DNA of 64,000 nucleotides from Escherichia coli (GTDB lineage Bacteria; Pseudomonadota; Gammaproteobacteria; Enterobacterales; Enterobacteriaceae): NCBI RefSeq assembly GCF_030013205.1, contig NZ_CP122648.1; one strand, 5' to 3'. Shown piece by piece: positions 30,837 to 42,169 of this stretch (position 1 is its first letter; each line of letters starts with the position of its first letter). The notes under the pieces were generated by a model. It saw only the letters and a program-made list of their open reading frames with translations, ran no database searches and was not told where the DNA came from. The position numbers and the translations under genes were made by a program.

Positions 30837-31331
30837 ATGATGAAAACTGTTAAACATCTTCTGTGCTGTGCCATTGCCGCCAGCGCATTAATTTCCACCG
30901 GGGTGCATGCTGCGTCCTGGAAAGATGCGCTCTCCAGCGCCGCCAGCGAACTTGGCAACCAAAACAGCACGACACAGGAAGGCGGTTGGTCGCTCGCGTC
31001 ATTAACTAACTTGCTTAGCAGCGGAAACCAGGCCTTAAGCGCAGATAACATGAACAATGCCGCAGGCATTCTGCAATACTGCGCGAAGCAAAAGCTGGCG
31101 TCGGTAACCGATGCCGAAAACATCAAGAATCAGGTACTGGAAAAACTGGGCCTGAACAGTGAAGAGCAAAAAGAAGACACCAACTATCTGGATGGCATTC
31201 AGGGTTTGCTGAAAACTAAAGATGGTCAGCAACTCAATCTGGATAATATCGGAACGACTCCGCTGGCAGAAAAGGTGAAAACCAAAGCCTGCGATCTGGT
31301 GTTAAAGCAGGGGCTGAACTTCATTTCCTGA
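30837..31331 (+). CDS. yjjA: Secreted protein YjjA (DUF2501)
   Basis: 164 aa with signal peptide. Confidence 0.8.
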   Translation: MMKTVKHLLCCAIAASALISTGVHAASWKDALSSAASELGNQNSTTQEGGWSLASLTNLLSSGNQALSADNMNNAAGILQYCAKQKLASVTDAENIKNQVLEKLGLNSEEQKEDTNYLDGIQGLLKTKDGQQLNLDNIGTTPLAEKVKTKACDLVLKQGLNFIS

Positions 31332-31584
31332 ACCGCGAAACGCCGCGTTTTAGCTGTTACCCGGCTGACGCGGCTCTCTCCTGCCCTTTTCCCTGCTCCT
31401 GGACGGTTTTCCCCCTGTTACACGGGAAGCGACCGTAATCAAAAAAGTCTGTTTATAAACTAATTCCTAACAACATCGCATTTTTTTGACACTAGAATTG
31501 CAGCAATATGGCGACGCCATTACATTGTGCTTCTCAAAAAGCTTAAACGTTGGCTAAACGGCCCGGTTTAGTGAGGATCGCCCG

Positions 31585-33876
31585 TTGTCAGAACTACTCT
31601 CTTTCGCCCTTTTTCTCGCCTCTGTGCTGATTTACGCATGGAAAGCGGGACGTAACACCTGGTGGTTTGCAGCCACGTTAACGGTGCTGGGGCTATTTGT
31701 CGTTTTAAATATCACCCTGTTTGCCAGCGACTATTTTACTGGCGATGGTATTAACGACGCGGTTCTCTATACCTTAACCAACAGCCTGACCGGTGCTGGT
31801 GTCAGCAAATACATTCTTCCGGGTATCGGCATTGTGCTGGGGCTGACGGCGGTGTTCGGTGCGCTGGGCTGGATCCTGCGCCGTCGTCGCCATCATCCGC
31901 ACCATTTTGGTTACAGCCTGCTGGCACTCTTACTGGCGCTGGGTTCAGTGGATGCCAGCCCGGCATTTCGTCAGATAACGGAACTGGTGAAATCCCAGTC
32001 ACGCGATGGCGACCCGGACTTTGCGGCTTATTATAAAGAGCCGTCGAAAACTATCCCTGACCCGAAACTCAACCTGGTTTATATCTACGGCGAAAGTCTC
32101 GAGCGGACCTATTTTGATAACGAAGCTTTCCCGGATCTCACGCCTGAACTGGGCGCGTTGAAAAATGAAGGCCTGGATTTCAGCCACACGCAGCAGCTGC
32201 CAGGAACGGATTACACGATTGCGGGCATGGTGGCTTCTCAGTGCGGCATACCGCTGTTTGCCCCCTTTGAAGGCAACGCCTCCGCCTCTGTCTCCAGCTT
32301 CTTCCCGCAGAACATCTGTCTGGGCGATATCCTGAAAAACTCGGGTTATCAGAACTATTTCGTGCAGGGCGCGAATCTGCGTTTTGCCGGTAAAGATGTG
32401 TTCCTGAAGTCGCATGGCTTCGACCACTTATACGGCTCAGAAGAGCTGAAAAGCGTGGTGGCCGACCCGCACTATCGCAACGACTGGGGATTCTACGACG
32501 ATACCGTTCTCGATGAAGCGTGGAAAAAGTTTGAAGAGCTTTCCCGCTCAGGTCAGCGATTCTCACTGTTTACCCTGACAGTCGATACCCATCACCCGGA
32601 TGGTTTTATCTCGCGTACCTGTAACCGCAAAAAATATGATTTTGACGGTAAGCCGAACCAGTCATTCAGCGCGGTAAGTTGCAGCCAGGAGAATATCGCG
32701 GCGTTTATCAACAAAATCAAAGCGTCACCGTGGTTTAAAGATACCGTCATCGTCGTCTCTTCTGACCATTTAGCGATGAACAACACGGCGTGGAAATACC
32801 TTAATAAGCAGGATCGCAATAACCTGTTTTTTGTCATTCGTGGCGACAAGCCGCAGCAAGAGACGCTGGCAGTGAAGCGTAACACGATGGATAACGGCGC
32901 GACGGTGCTGGACATTCTCGGTGGCGATAACTATCTCGGACTTGGTCGTAGCAGTTTATCCGGGCAGTCAATGTCGGAAATCTTCCTCAATATCAAAGAG
33001 AAAACATTGGCGTGGAAGCCGGATATCATCCGCCTGTGGAAATTCCCTAAAGAGATGAAAGAGTTCACCATCGACCAGCAGAAAAACATGATTGCCTTCT
33101 CGGGTAGCCATTTCCGTTTGCCACTGCTGTTGCGGGTTTCAGACAAACGCGTGGAACCGCTGCCGGAAAGCGAATACTCAGCACCGCTGCGTTTCCAGCT
33201 GGCCGATTTCGCTCCACGCGACAATTTCGTCTGGGTTGACCGTTGCTATAAGATGGCACAACTCTGGGCTCCGGAACTGGCACTCTCCACCGACTGGTGT
33301 GTCTCGCAAGGGCAGCTTGGCGGTCAGCAAATTGTTCAGCATGTTGACAAAACAACATGGCAGGGCAAAACGGCATTTAAAGATACGGTCATCGACATGG
33401 CGCGTTATAAAGGCAATGTCGATACGCTGAAAATTGTTGATAACGATATTCGCTACAAAGCCGACAGTTTCATCTTCAACGTCGCCGGTGCGCCAGAAGA
33501 GGTGAAACAGTTTAGTGGGATTTCCCGTCCAGAGTCGTGGGGCCGCTGGTCCAACGCGCAGCTGGGCGATGAAGTAAAAATCGAGTACAAGCATCCGCTG
33601 CCGAAGAAATTTGACCTGGTGATTACCGCCAAAGCATACGGCAATAACGCCAGCCGTCCTATTCCGGTACGCGTAGGCAATGAAGAACAAACTCTTGTGC
33701 TGGGCAATGAAGTGACCACCACCACACTGCATTTCGATAACCCAACCGATGCCGACACACTGGTAATTGTGCCGCCGGAACCTGTCTCAACCAACGAAGG
33801 GAATATCCTCGGACACTCGCCGCGTAAGCTCGGGATCGGCATGGTGGAAATTAAAGTTGTGGAACGTGAAGGGTAA
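31585..33876 (+). CDS. opgB: Phosphoglycerol transferase I (OpgB/MdoB); apparent TTG start
   Basis: 763 aa, N-terminal TM helices and sulfatase-like domain. Confidence 0.9.
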
Positions 33877-33885
33877 TTTCTGACT

Positions 33886-33938
33886 GATGTGTAGGTCGCA
33901 TAAGGTGCGACCTACACATCTTCTCCGGCCTACAAAAC
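33886..33938. repeat. REP-like palindromic element
   Basis: TGTAGGTCGCATAAGGTGCGACCTACA palindrome with a CCGGCCTACAAAAC tail. Confidence 0.6.
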
Positions 33939-34015
33939 ATCATTGAGAAACAGAAAAAAAACAGCGCCCAACACTTCCCCGGACGCTGCATGGCAACTTT
34001 AATAATCTCGCCTTA

Positions 34016-35038
34016 TCAGAAAGTAATTACACCCTTAATCAACTCACGATTGTTAATCACATCGCGCTCGTAGGTTTCTGCCAGCGTGGCGAACGGATAG
34101 CGATGGGTTAACATCATGTCGGCAGTGATTTTTCCTTCCGCCATCAGTCGACCGACTTTAGCAAAATCTTCCGGCGTGGCGTTGCGGCTGCCCATCATCG
34201 TCGTTTCTTTTTTATGGAATTCCGGATCGGAGAACTGCAACTCACCTTTAAACAGGCCGACAAATACCACCGTGCCGCCGTGACGAATCAAATTCACGGT
34301 GTTATTCATCGCATGTTGATTACCTGTCGCGTCGATCACTTTCTGCGCCAGCGAACCACCAAACTGCGCCCGTAGCTGCGCGTCAAAATCTTCGGCTGAC
34401 GGGTCCAGTAAAGGTAATTCCAGACGCGTTGCCACATGTTCACGGCGCGCCGGACTGGTATCCGCCACCACCACCTGTGCGCCATCGGCTTTAGCGATTG
34501 CCGCCGCGCCCAGACCGATTGGCCCCGCCCCGACCACCAGCACCTGCTCGCCGGGAGCAATGGCTGCGCGACGCACCGCATGAGCGCTAATAGCGAAAGG
34601 TTCAATCAATGCTGCCGCCTGCGGGTCAATACCGTCTGCGGGCAAAATGTTCGCCACCGGCACGCTCAAATACTCACTAAAACCGCCATCCTGATGCACG
34701 CCAATGACTGAAATTTTTTCACAGCAATTGGTACGCCCGCTTTTACACGCCGGGCATTGCTGACAGGCAACATAAGGGATCACAGCAACTTGCTGACCAT
34801 TTTTAAGATCAGCAATATTTTTACCCAGCCCAACAATCTCCCCACATATTTCATGGCCTAAAACACGTGGATAACTAAAAAATGGTTGATTTCCACCCCA
34901 GGCATGAATATCGGTACCACAAATCCCGACAGACTTAATTTTTATTAATGCTTCATTGTCACCCGGAATAGGTATCTCGCGTTGTTTCCAGACTAATTCT
35001 TTCGGCTGCTGGCAAATTAAAACATTCATCGTAGACAT
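34016..35038 (-). CDS. lgoD: L-galactonate 5-dehydrogenase (zinc alcohol dehydrogenase family)
   Basis: 340 aa from MSTMNV...; GHE..G and GxGxxG motifs. Confidence 0.85.
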   Translation of the reverse strand: MSTMNVLICQQPKELVWKQREIPIPGDNEALIKIKSVGICGTDIHAWGGNQPFFSYPRVLGHEICGEIVGLGKNIADLKNGQQVAVIPYVACQQCPACKSGRTNCCEKISVIGVHQDGGFSEYLSVPVANILPADGIDPQAAALIEPFAISAHAVRRAAIAPGEQVLVVGAGPIGLGAAAIAKADGAQVVVADTSPARREHVATRLELPLLDPSAEDFDAQLRAQFGGSLAQKVIDATGNQHAMNNTVNLIRHGGTVVFVGLFKGELQFSDPEFHKKETTMMGSRNATPEDFAKVGRLMAEGKITADMMLTHRYPFATLAETYERDVINNRELIKGVITF

Positions 35039-35176
35039 GATTCGGCTCTCCATTTTTTGTTGCCTTAGATATCAATAAAAATGAAAAATGGCAGCGGAAC
35101 GGAAAATCTGTTTTGTGAAAACACACGCATAAAAATGTTTTAAATCGGGTTTTAATGGACTCACAAGGAGGAAAAT

Positions 35177-36091
35177 ATGAGTCGTTCACAAAATTTACGC
35201 CACAATGTGATTAACCAGGTCATTGATGATATGGTGCGGGGTCATATCCCTTCCCCACTTCCATCGCAAAGTGCGCTGGCGGAAATGTACAACATCAGCC
35301 GCACTACAGTGCGTCATATTCTCAGCCACTTACGCGAATGCGGCGTCTTAACGCAGGTTGGAAACGACTATGTGATTGCGCGTAAACCTGACCATGATGA
35401 CGGTTTCGCCTGTACTACCGCTTCAATGAGTGAACAAAACAAAGTGTTTGAGCAGGCTTTTTTCACGATGATAAACCAGCGCCAGTTACGCCCTGGGGAA
35501 ACTTTTTCTGAACTGCAACTGGCTCGGGCCGCGGGTGTCAGCCCGGTTGTAGTAAGAGAATATCTTTTAAAATTAGGCCGTTATAATCTTATTCAAAGCG
35601 AAAAGCGCGGCCAGTGGAGCATGAAGCAATTCGATCAATCCTACGCCGAGCAGCTGTTTGAACTACGCGAAATGCTCGAAACACATTCACTTCAGCACTT
35701 TCTCAACCTGCCTGATCATGATCCCCGCTGGCTGCAGGCGAAAACCATGCTCGAACGTCATCGGCTACTGCGTGACAACATCGGCAATAGCTTTCGCATG
35801 TTCTCGCAACTTGACAGAGATTTTCACTCCTTACTGCTTTCAGCTGCCGACAATATCTTTTTTGATCAATCTCTTGAGATCATCTCAGTCATCTTTCATT
35901 TTCACTATCAATGGGACGAAAGCGATCTTAAACAGCGCAATATCATTGCCGTCGATGAGCATATGACCATTCTCAGCGCTCTGATTTGCCGCAGTGACCT
36001 TGATGCCACCCTTGCGCTCCGTAACCATTTGAATTCAGCTAAACAATCAATGATTCGATCCATTAATGAGAACACGCGTTATGCTCATTAA
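35177..36091 (+). CDS. lgoR: Transcriptional regulator LgoR (YjjM)
   Basis: 304 aa, N-terminal GntR-type HTH. Confidence 0.85.
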   Translation: MSRSQNLRHNVINQVIDDMVRGHIPSPLPSQSALAEMYNISRTTVRHILSHLRECGVLTQVGNDYVIARKPDHDDGFACTTASMSEQNKVFEQAFFTMINQRQLRPGETFSELQLARAAGVSPVVVREYLLKLGRYNLIQSEKRGQWSMKQFDQSYAEQLFELREMLETHSLQHFLNLPDHDPRWLQAKTMLERHRLLRDNIGNSFRMFSQLDRDFHSLLLSAADNIFFDQSLEIISVIFHFHYQWDESDLKQRNIIAVDEHMTILSALICRSDLDATLALRNHLNSAKQSMIRSINENTRYAH

Positions 36092-36304
36092 GTACGGATT
36101 AAAAACAGCAAACTATTAGCGGTGCACGGTTTTATCAAAAGATAAATACCGGGAAATTCCCGCTTACCAATGCTCACAATCAGTCGACTAAAAATGTTTT
36201 TGTGAGCGGTAGTAAAGTCCTAAAACTTTAACCTGCCGTTAATGTCAACCTTGCGTAATGCACAATTACGTAAACAATTAAAATTATAAATACAGGAGTC
36301 CGGC

Positions 36305-37666
36305 GTGGAAAAAGAAAATATCACCCTCGATCCGCGTTCTTCATTTACTCCATCTTCGTCGGCAGATATTCCCGTGCCACCAGATGGATTAGTTCAACGC
36401 AGTACCCGAATTAAACGCATTCAAACCACCGCCATGTTGTTATTATTTTTTGCGGCGGTAATCAATTATCTCGACCGCAGTTCGCTGTCGGTAGCAAATT
36501 TAACGATTCGTGAAGAATTGGGATTAAGTGCCACCGAAATCGGCGCTTTGCTCTCCGTGTTTTCACTCGCTTACGGGATTGCGCAACTTCCTTGCGGCCC
36601 ACTATTGGATCGTAAAGGCCCACGCCTGATGCTGGGACTGGGGATGTTCTTCTGGTCACTGTTCCAGGCCATGTCTGGCATGGTGCACAGCTTTACGCAG
36701 TTCGTGTTGGTGCGTATCGGTATGGGGATTGGTGAAGCGCCGATGAACCCATGTGGCGTAAAAGTCATTAACGACTGGTTCAACATCAAAGAGCGCGGAC
36801 GCCCGATGGGCTTCTTCAACGCAGCTTCTACCATTGGCGTTGCCGTAAGCCCACCGATTCTGGCGGCGATGATGCTGGTGATGGGCTGGCGTGGGATGTT
36901 TATTACCATTGGTGTGCTGGGGATTTTTCTCGCCATTGGCTGGTATATGCTCTATCGCAACCGCGAGCACGTAGAACTGACTGCCGTTGAACAAGCTTAT
37001 CTCAATGCAGGTAGCGTCAATGCCCGCCGAGATCCGCTCAGTTTTGCCGAATGGCGCAGCCTGTTCCGTAACCGCACAATGTGGGGAATGATGCTCGGAT
37101 TCAGTGGCATCAACTACACTGCGTGGCTGTATCTGGCCTGGCTTCCTGGTTACCTGCAAACAGCCTATAACCTGGATTTAAAAAGCACAGGGTTGATGGC
37201 GGCTATCCCTTTCCTGTTTGGGGCTGCCGGGATGCTGGTCAACGGTTACGTTACTGACTGGCTGGTCAAAGGGGGAATGGCTCCGATTAAAAGCCGTAAG
37301 ATCTGCATTATTGCCGGGATGTTCTGTTCTGCCGCCTTTACGCTGGTCGTACCGCAAGCGACAACATCCATGACGGCGGTTCTGCTGATTGGCATGGCAC
37401 TGTTCTGTATTCACTTTGCCGGAACATCCTGCTGGGGCTTGATCCACGTCGCAGTTGCTTCTCGCATGACGGCGTCGGTGGGCAGTATCCAGAACTTTGC
37501 CAGCTTCATCTGCGCCTCTTTTGCGCCGATCATTACTGGTTTTATTGTTGATACCACCCACTCATTCCGTCTGGCACTAATCATCTGCGGTTGCGTCACC
37601 GCAGCGGGAGCACTGGCGTACATCTTCCTGGTTCGTCAGCCGATCAACGACCCGCGTAAAGATTAA
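36305..37666 (+). CDS. lgoT: L-galactonate:H+ symporter (MFS), GTG start
   Basis: 453 aa, twelve-helix MFS pattern. Confidence 0.85.
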   Translation: MEKENITLDPRSSFTPSSSADIPVPPDGLVQRSTRIKRIQTTAMLLLFFAAVINYLDRSSLSVANLTIREELGLSATEIGALLSVFSLAYGIAQLPCGPLLDRKGPRLMLGLGMFFWSLFQAMSGMVHSFTQFVLVRIGMGIGEAPMNPCGVKVINDWFNIKERGRPMGFFNAASTIGVAVSPPILAAMMLVMGWRGMFITIGVLGIFLAIGWYMLYRNREHVELTAVEQAYLNAGSVNARRDPLSFAEWRSLFRNRTMWGMMLGFSGINYTAWLYLAWLPGYLQTAYNLDLKSTGLMAAIPFLFGAAGMLVNGYVTDWLVKGGMAPIKSRKICIIAGMFCSAAFTLVVPQATTSMTAVLLIGMALFCIHFAGTSCWGLIHVAVASRMTASVGSIQNFASFICASFAPIITGFIVDTTHSFRLALIICGCVTAAGALAYIFLVRQPINDPRKD

Positions 37667-37673
37667 ACTCCCT

Positions 37674-37709
37674 ATGCCCGATAACATTTTGCTTATCGGG
37701 CATTTTTAT
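37674..37709 (+). terminator. Rho-independent terminator after lgoT
   Basis: ATGCCCGATAA...TTATCGGGCAT hairpin followed by TTTTTAT. Confidence 0.6.
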
Positions 37710-37714
37710 GGCGA

Positions 37715-39379
37715 TTAAAACGTTTCCCAGTTCTCCCCGCTATCTGCCACTGCCATTTTACGCGGCGTAGCTGGCGTCACGTTTTTTACCACAGCCGATG
37801 TTTCACGCTGCTGTTGCTGCTGTTGCTGAATCCGGAACACTGCCACAGCTTCGGTCAGGCGACTGGCCTGCTCTTCCAGCGCGGCGGCGGCAGCGGCAGA
37901 TTCTTCCACCAGCGCAGCGTTCTGTTGAGTTACCCGGTCCATCTCAGCAACCGCTAAGCCAGCCTGATCGATACCACGGCTCTGCTCATCAGAAGCAGAA
38001 GCAATTTCGCCCATAATGTCCGTCACGCGGGTCACGGCACTGACAATCTCCGCCATTGTTTCCCCTGCGCTTTCGACCAGCGTAGAGCCAACATCTACTT
38101 TCCCCACCGAGTCTTCAATCAGGCTTTTAATTTCACGAGCCGCCTGAGCGCTGCGCTGGGCCAGATTACGCACTTCACCCGCGACCACCGCAAAACCGCG
38201 CCCTTGCTCACCCGCGCGCGCTGCTTCAACCGCCGCGTTCAAAGCCAGAATATTGGTCTGGAAGGCAATGCCGTCAATTACGCTGATAATATCGGCGATT
38301 TTCTGCGAACTGGTGGAGATATCGCGCATAGTCTGCACCACGTTATCTACCACTTTGCCGCCGCGTTGCGCCGTTTCAGAAGCACTTAACGCCAGGTGGC
38401 TGGCCTGGCGCGCATTTTCGGCGTTCTGTTTCACCGTTGCGGTCAGTTGCTCCATGCTGGCTGCCGTCTCTTCCAGCGAAGCGGCCTGTTGCTCGGTGCG
38501 CGAAGAGAGATCGTTATTGCCGGTAGCGATTTCGCTGGCACCGCTATAGATGGCATTGGCCCCGTTGCGCACATCACCGACGGTACGCATCAGCTCTCCC
38601 TGCATATGGCGCAAACTCTCTGCCAGTTGCCCCATCTCATTAGAGCCATCCACCTCAATCGGTTTCACCAGATCGCCGCCTGCAATATGACGAATGCTGT
38701 CAATCAGGCGATTCATTGGCGCTACCAACGAGGCTTTAATACCGAACCAGACGGCGAAGATGACTGCCAGTACGACGATCATCACGCCCACCAGAATCCA
38801 CATCGCCTGGCTGTAGGAGGCATTATTATCGCTGACGGCGATATCATAGAGCCGATCGTTTTGCTCCATGTAAGCCACATACTGCTTCTCGAAACCGTCC
38901 TGATATCCCTGGGTCGGCTGATCAAAGAACTCGTTGATTTTGCCTGCACCTAACAGTTGGATCAGCTCCGCCAGCGCATTGTGATAAATATCGTAATTAC
39001 GTTTGATCTCTGCCGCTGCGGCGGTGCTCTGACGCGGGTCACGCGGCAACGCTTCGTAATCCGCCCAGTTTTTTTCCGCCTGTTTCAGCGAAATACTGGC
39101 ACTCTCCATCAGCTCAGCAACGGTTGAACCGCTACCAATATTATTCTGATCCATCATGTAGCGGATACCCGCGCGGTTGAGGGTGTTACGCGTCTGCAAC
39201 AACGCGACCCAGCTGCCATTCAGCGTGGATTGCTGCTGGCGAATGGTTTGTAAAACAGTGAAATTTTCTTTGTCATTCTTTAAGGCATTAAAGAACAGAC
39301 CGCCTGATGTCAGTTGTAAAAGGCCAAAAACGGCCAAAACCAGCAGTAAGCTGGTCACAATTTTGATACGTTTTAACAT
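37715..39379 (-). CDS. tsr: Methyl-accepting chemotaxis protein I (serine chemoreceptor), 554 aa with a seven-glutamine tract
   Basis: Two TM helices, HAMP and methyl-accepting domains, C-terminal NWETF pentapeptide. Confidence 0.95.
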   Translation of the reverse strand: MLKRIKIVTSLLLVLAVFGLLQLTSGGLFFNALKNDKENFTVLQTIRQQQSTLNGSWVALLQTRNTLNRAGIRYMMDQNNIGSGSTVAELMESASISLKQAEKNWADYEALPRDPRQSTAAAAEIKRNYDIYHNALAELIQLLGAGKINEFFDQPTQGYQDGFEKQYVAYMEQNDRLYDIAVSDNNASYSQAMWILVGVMIVVLAVIFAVWFGIKASLVAPMNRLIDSIRHIAGGDLVKPIEVDGSNEMGQLAESLRHMQGELMRTVGDVRNGANAIYSGASEIATGNNDLSSRTEQQAASLEETAASMEQLTATVKQNAENARQASHLALSASETAQRGGKVVDNVVQTMRDISTSSQKIADIISVIDGIAFQTNILALNAAVEAARAGEQGRGFAVVAGEVRNLAQRSAQAAREIKSLIEDSVGKVDVGSTLVESAGETMAEIVSAVTRVTDIMGEIASASDEQSRGIDQAGLAVAEMDRVTQQNAALVEESAAAAAALEEQASRLTEAVAVFRIQQQQQQQRETSAVVKNVTPATPRKMAVADSGENWETF

Positions 39380-39755
39380 GGTTTCTCTTTCCTGTGGACC
39401 GATGCAAGATTTTCGGCCAGGAAAGGAAAAACTTTATGAATATCCCGCGGAGATTACGCCGAGTAATTTTATTCACACTCTGAATTTAAAAAGCCATTAT
39501 TTACATAAATTACTCACAATATAAATATGTGATATGAATCACATATTTATCGTCACTTAAACGACGCCTTTGCCGCTCAACCGCAAAACTGACCGCTTAC
39601 ATCCCTAAAATAACCACTCAGTTATTTACCTTACTTTACGCGCGCGTAACTCTGGCAACATCACTACAGGATAGCGGTCAATTTACCTCCTCAAACGCAA
39701 CGCAAACCTAGAACGGCTTCGGCCAACTATTAATCAATACATGCCAGGTTTTACT

Positions 39756-41906
39756 ATGGATACTAAAAAGATATTCAAGCACATACCCTGGGTGATTCTC
39801 GGAATCATCGGTGCATTCTGCCTCGCGGTAGTTGCATTACGTCGGGGGGAGCACGTCAGCGCCCTGTGGATCGTGGTCGCCTCTGTGTCGGTGTATCTGG
39901 TGGCGTATCGCTACTACAGTCTGTACATCGCCCAGAAGGTGATGAAACTCGACCCCACGCGCGCGACGCCTGCGGTTATTAACAACGACGGTCTGAACTA
40001 CGTTCCGACCAACCGTTACGTGTTGTTTGGTCACCACTTCGCCGCTATCGCCGGTGCTGGTCCGCTGGTGGGTCCGGTTCTCGCCGCGCAGATGGGCTAC
40101 CTGCCTGGCACGCTGTGGCTGCTGGCGGGGGTCGTGCTGGCCGGTGCGGTTCAGGACTTTATGGTGCTGTTTATCTCCTCTCGCCGTAATGGCGCATCTC
40201 TTGGTGAGATGATCAAAGAAGAGATGGGACCAGTACCGGGGACTATCGCGCTGTTTGGCTGTTTCTTAATCATGATCATCATCCTCGCCGTCCTGGCGCT
40301 GATTGTGGTTAAAGCCCTGGCCGAAAGTCCGTGGGGTGTCTTCACCGTTTGCTCAACCGTACCGATTGCGCTGTTTATGGGTATCTACATGCGCTTTATC
40401 CGTCCGGGGCGTGTGGGTGAAGTCTCTGTCATTGGTATCGTGCTGCTGGTTGCCTCTATCTACTTCGGTGGCGTGATTGCTCACGATCCGTACTGGGGTC
40501 CGGCACTGACCTTTAAAGACACCACCATTACCTTCGCGCTGATTGGCTATGCGTTTGTTTCCGCACTGCTGCCGGTGTGGCTGATCCTCGCACCGCGCGA
40601 CTATCTGGCAACCTTCCTGAAAATCGGCGTTATCGTCGGCCTGGCGCTGGGTATCGTGGTGCTGAACCCGGAACTGAAAATGCCTGCGATGACCCAGTAC
40701 ATTGACGGTACTGGCCCGCTGTGGAAAGGCGCTCTGTTCCCGTTCCTGTTCATCACCATCGCCTGTGGTGCGGTATCTGGCTTCCACGCGCTGATCTCTT
40801 CCGGTACGACGCCGAAACTGCTGGCTAACGAAACCGACGCGCGTTTCATTGGCTACGGCGCAATGCTGATGGAGTCCTTCGTGGCGATTATGGCGCTGGT
40901 TGCTGCGTCCATCATCGAACCGGGTCTTTACTTCGCGATGAATACCCCGCCTGCGGGCCTTGGCATCACCATGCCTAACCTGCATGAAATGGGTGGCGAG
41001 AACGCGCCGATCATCATGGCGCAGCTGAAAGACGTTACCGCACACGCGGCGGCGACCGTCAGCTCCTGGGGCTTCGTGATTTCGCCAGAGCAGATCCTGC
41101 AAACCGCGAAAGACATTGGTGAGCCTTCTGTCCTGAACCGTGCAGGTGGTGCGCCGACGCTGGCGGTAGGTATCGCTCATGTGTTCCACAAAGTGCTGCC
41201 GATGGCTGACATGGGCTTCTGGTATCACTTCGGTATTCTGTTCGAAGCCCTGTTCATCCTGACCGCGCTGGATGCGGGTACCCGTTCTGGCCGCTTTATG
41301 CTGCAAGACCTGCTGGGTAACTTCATCCCGTTCCTGAAAAAAACCGACTCTCTGGTTGCCGGTATCATCGGTACTGCGGGCTGTGTGGGTCTGTGGGGCT
41401 ACCTGCTGTATCAGGGCGTGGTCGATCCGCTGGGCGGCGTTAAGAGCCTGTGGCCGCTGTTCGGTATCTCCAACCAGATGCTGGCAGCCGTAGCGCTGGT
41501 ACTGGGCACCGTTGTGCTGATTAAGATGAAGCGCACCCAATACATCTGGGTAACTGTTGTTCCGGCTGTATGGCTGCTTATCTGCACCACCTGGGCGCTG
41601 GGTCTGAAACTGTTCAGCACCAACCCGCAGATGGAAGGCTTCTTCTACATGGCAAGCCAGTACAAAGAGAAGATTGCTAACGGTACTGACCTGACGGCGC
41701 AGCAGATTGCCAACATGAACCACATCGTTGTGAACAACTACACCAACGCGGGCCTGAGTATTCTGTTCCTGATTGTGGTGTACAGCATCATCTTCTACGG
41801 TTTCAAAACCTGGCTTGCGGTGCGTAACAGCGACAAACGTACTGACAAAGAAACACCGTACGTTCCAATCCCGGAAGGCGGCGTGAAGATCTCTTCGCAC
41901 CACTAA
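39756..41906 (+). CDS. btsT: Pyruvate/H+ symporter BtsT (CstA family)
   Basis: 716 aa from MDTKKIFKHIPW...; polytopic membrane protein. Confidence 0.9.
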   Translation: MDTKKIFKHIPWVILGIIGAFCLAVVALRRGEHVSALWIVVASVSVYLVAYRYYSLYIAQKVMKLDPTRATPAVINNDGLNYVPTNRYVLFGHHFAAIAGAGPLVGPVLAAQMGYLPGTLWLLAGVVLAGAVQDFMVLFISSRRNGASLGEMIKEEMGPVPGTIALFGCFLIMIIILAVLALIVVKALAESPWGVFTVCSTVPIALFMGIYMRFIRPGRVGEVSVIGIVLLVASIYFGGVIAHDPYWGPALTFKDTTITFALIGYAFVSALLPVWLILAPRDYLATFLKIGVIVGLALGIVVLNPELKMPAMTQYIDGTGPLWKGALFPFLFITIACGAVSGFHALISSGTTPKLLANETDARFIGYGAMLMESFVAIMALVAASIIEPGLYFAMNTPPAGLGITMPNLHEMGGENAPIIMAQLKDVTAHAAATVSSWGFVISPEQILQTAKDIGEPSVLNRAGGAPTLAVGIAHVFHKVLPMADMGFWYHFGILFEALFILTALDAGTRSGRFMLQDLLGNFIPFLKKTDSLVAGIIGTAGCVGLWGYLLYQGVVDPLGGVKSLWPLFGISNQMLAAVALVLGTVVLIKMKRTQYIWVTVVPAVWLLICTTWALGLKLFSTNPQMEGFFYMASQYKEKIANGTDLTAQQIANMNHIVVNNYTNAGLSILFLIVVYSIIFYGFKTWLAVRNSDKRTDKETPYVPIPEGGVKISSHH

Positions 41907-41914
41907 CCGTGTTT

Positions 41915-41941
41915 AGCCCCGCTTCGGCGGGGCTTTGTTCT
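41915..41941 (+). terminator. Rho-independent terminator after btsT
   Basis: AGCCCCGC-TTCG-GCGGGGCT hairpin followed by TTGTTCTT. Confidence 0.6.
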
Positions 41942-41955
41942 TATCAGAGTGAACT

Positions 41956-42159
41956 ATGTTTGGTAACTTAGGACAGGCAAAAAAATATCTCGGCCAGGCG
42001 GCAAAGATGTTGATTGGCATTCCAGACTACGACAACTACGTCGAGCATATGAAGACCAACCATCCCGACAAGCCGTACATGAGCTATGAAGAATTCTTCC
42101 GCGAACGCCAGAACGCGCGCTACGGCGGCGATGGTAAAGGCGGTATGCGCTGTTGTTAA
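41956..42159 (+). CDS. yjiX: YjiX (DUF466 small protein)
   Basis: 67 aa, conserved partner downstream of btsT. Confidence 0.85.
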
Positions 42160-42169
42160 TGGAGAGAGC

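Noticed and set aside
31999-33842. Several 100-190-aa minus-strand ORFs within opgB
   Set aside because: All lie antisense within the 763-aa opgB reading frame and have arginine-rich composition.
40353-41903. 516-aa minus-strand ORF spanning the btsT locus
   Set aside because: Entirely antisense to the well-supported btsT gene; the translation is low-complexity and Arg/His/Gln-rich, typical of the reverse frame of a GC-rich membrane-protein gene.
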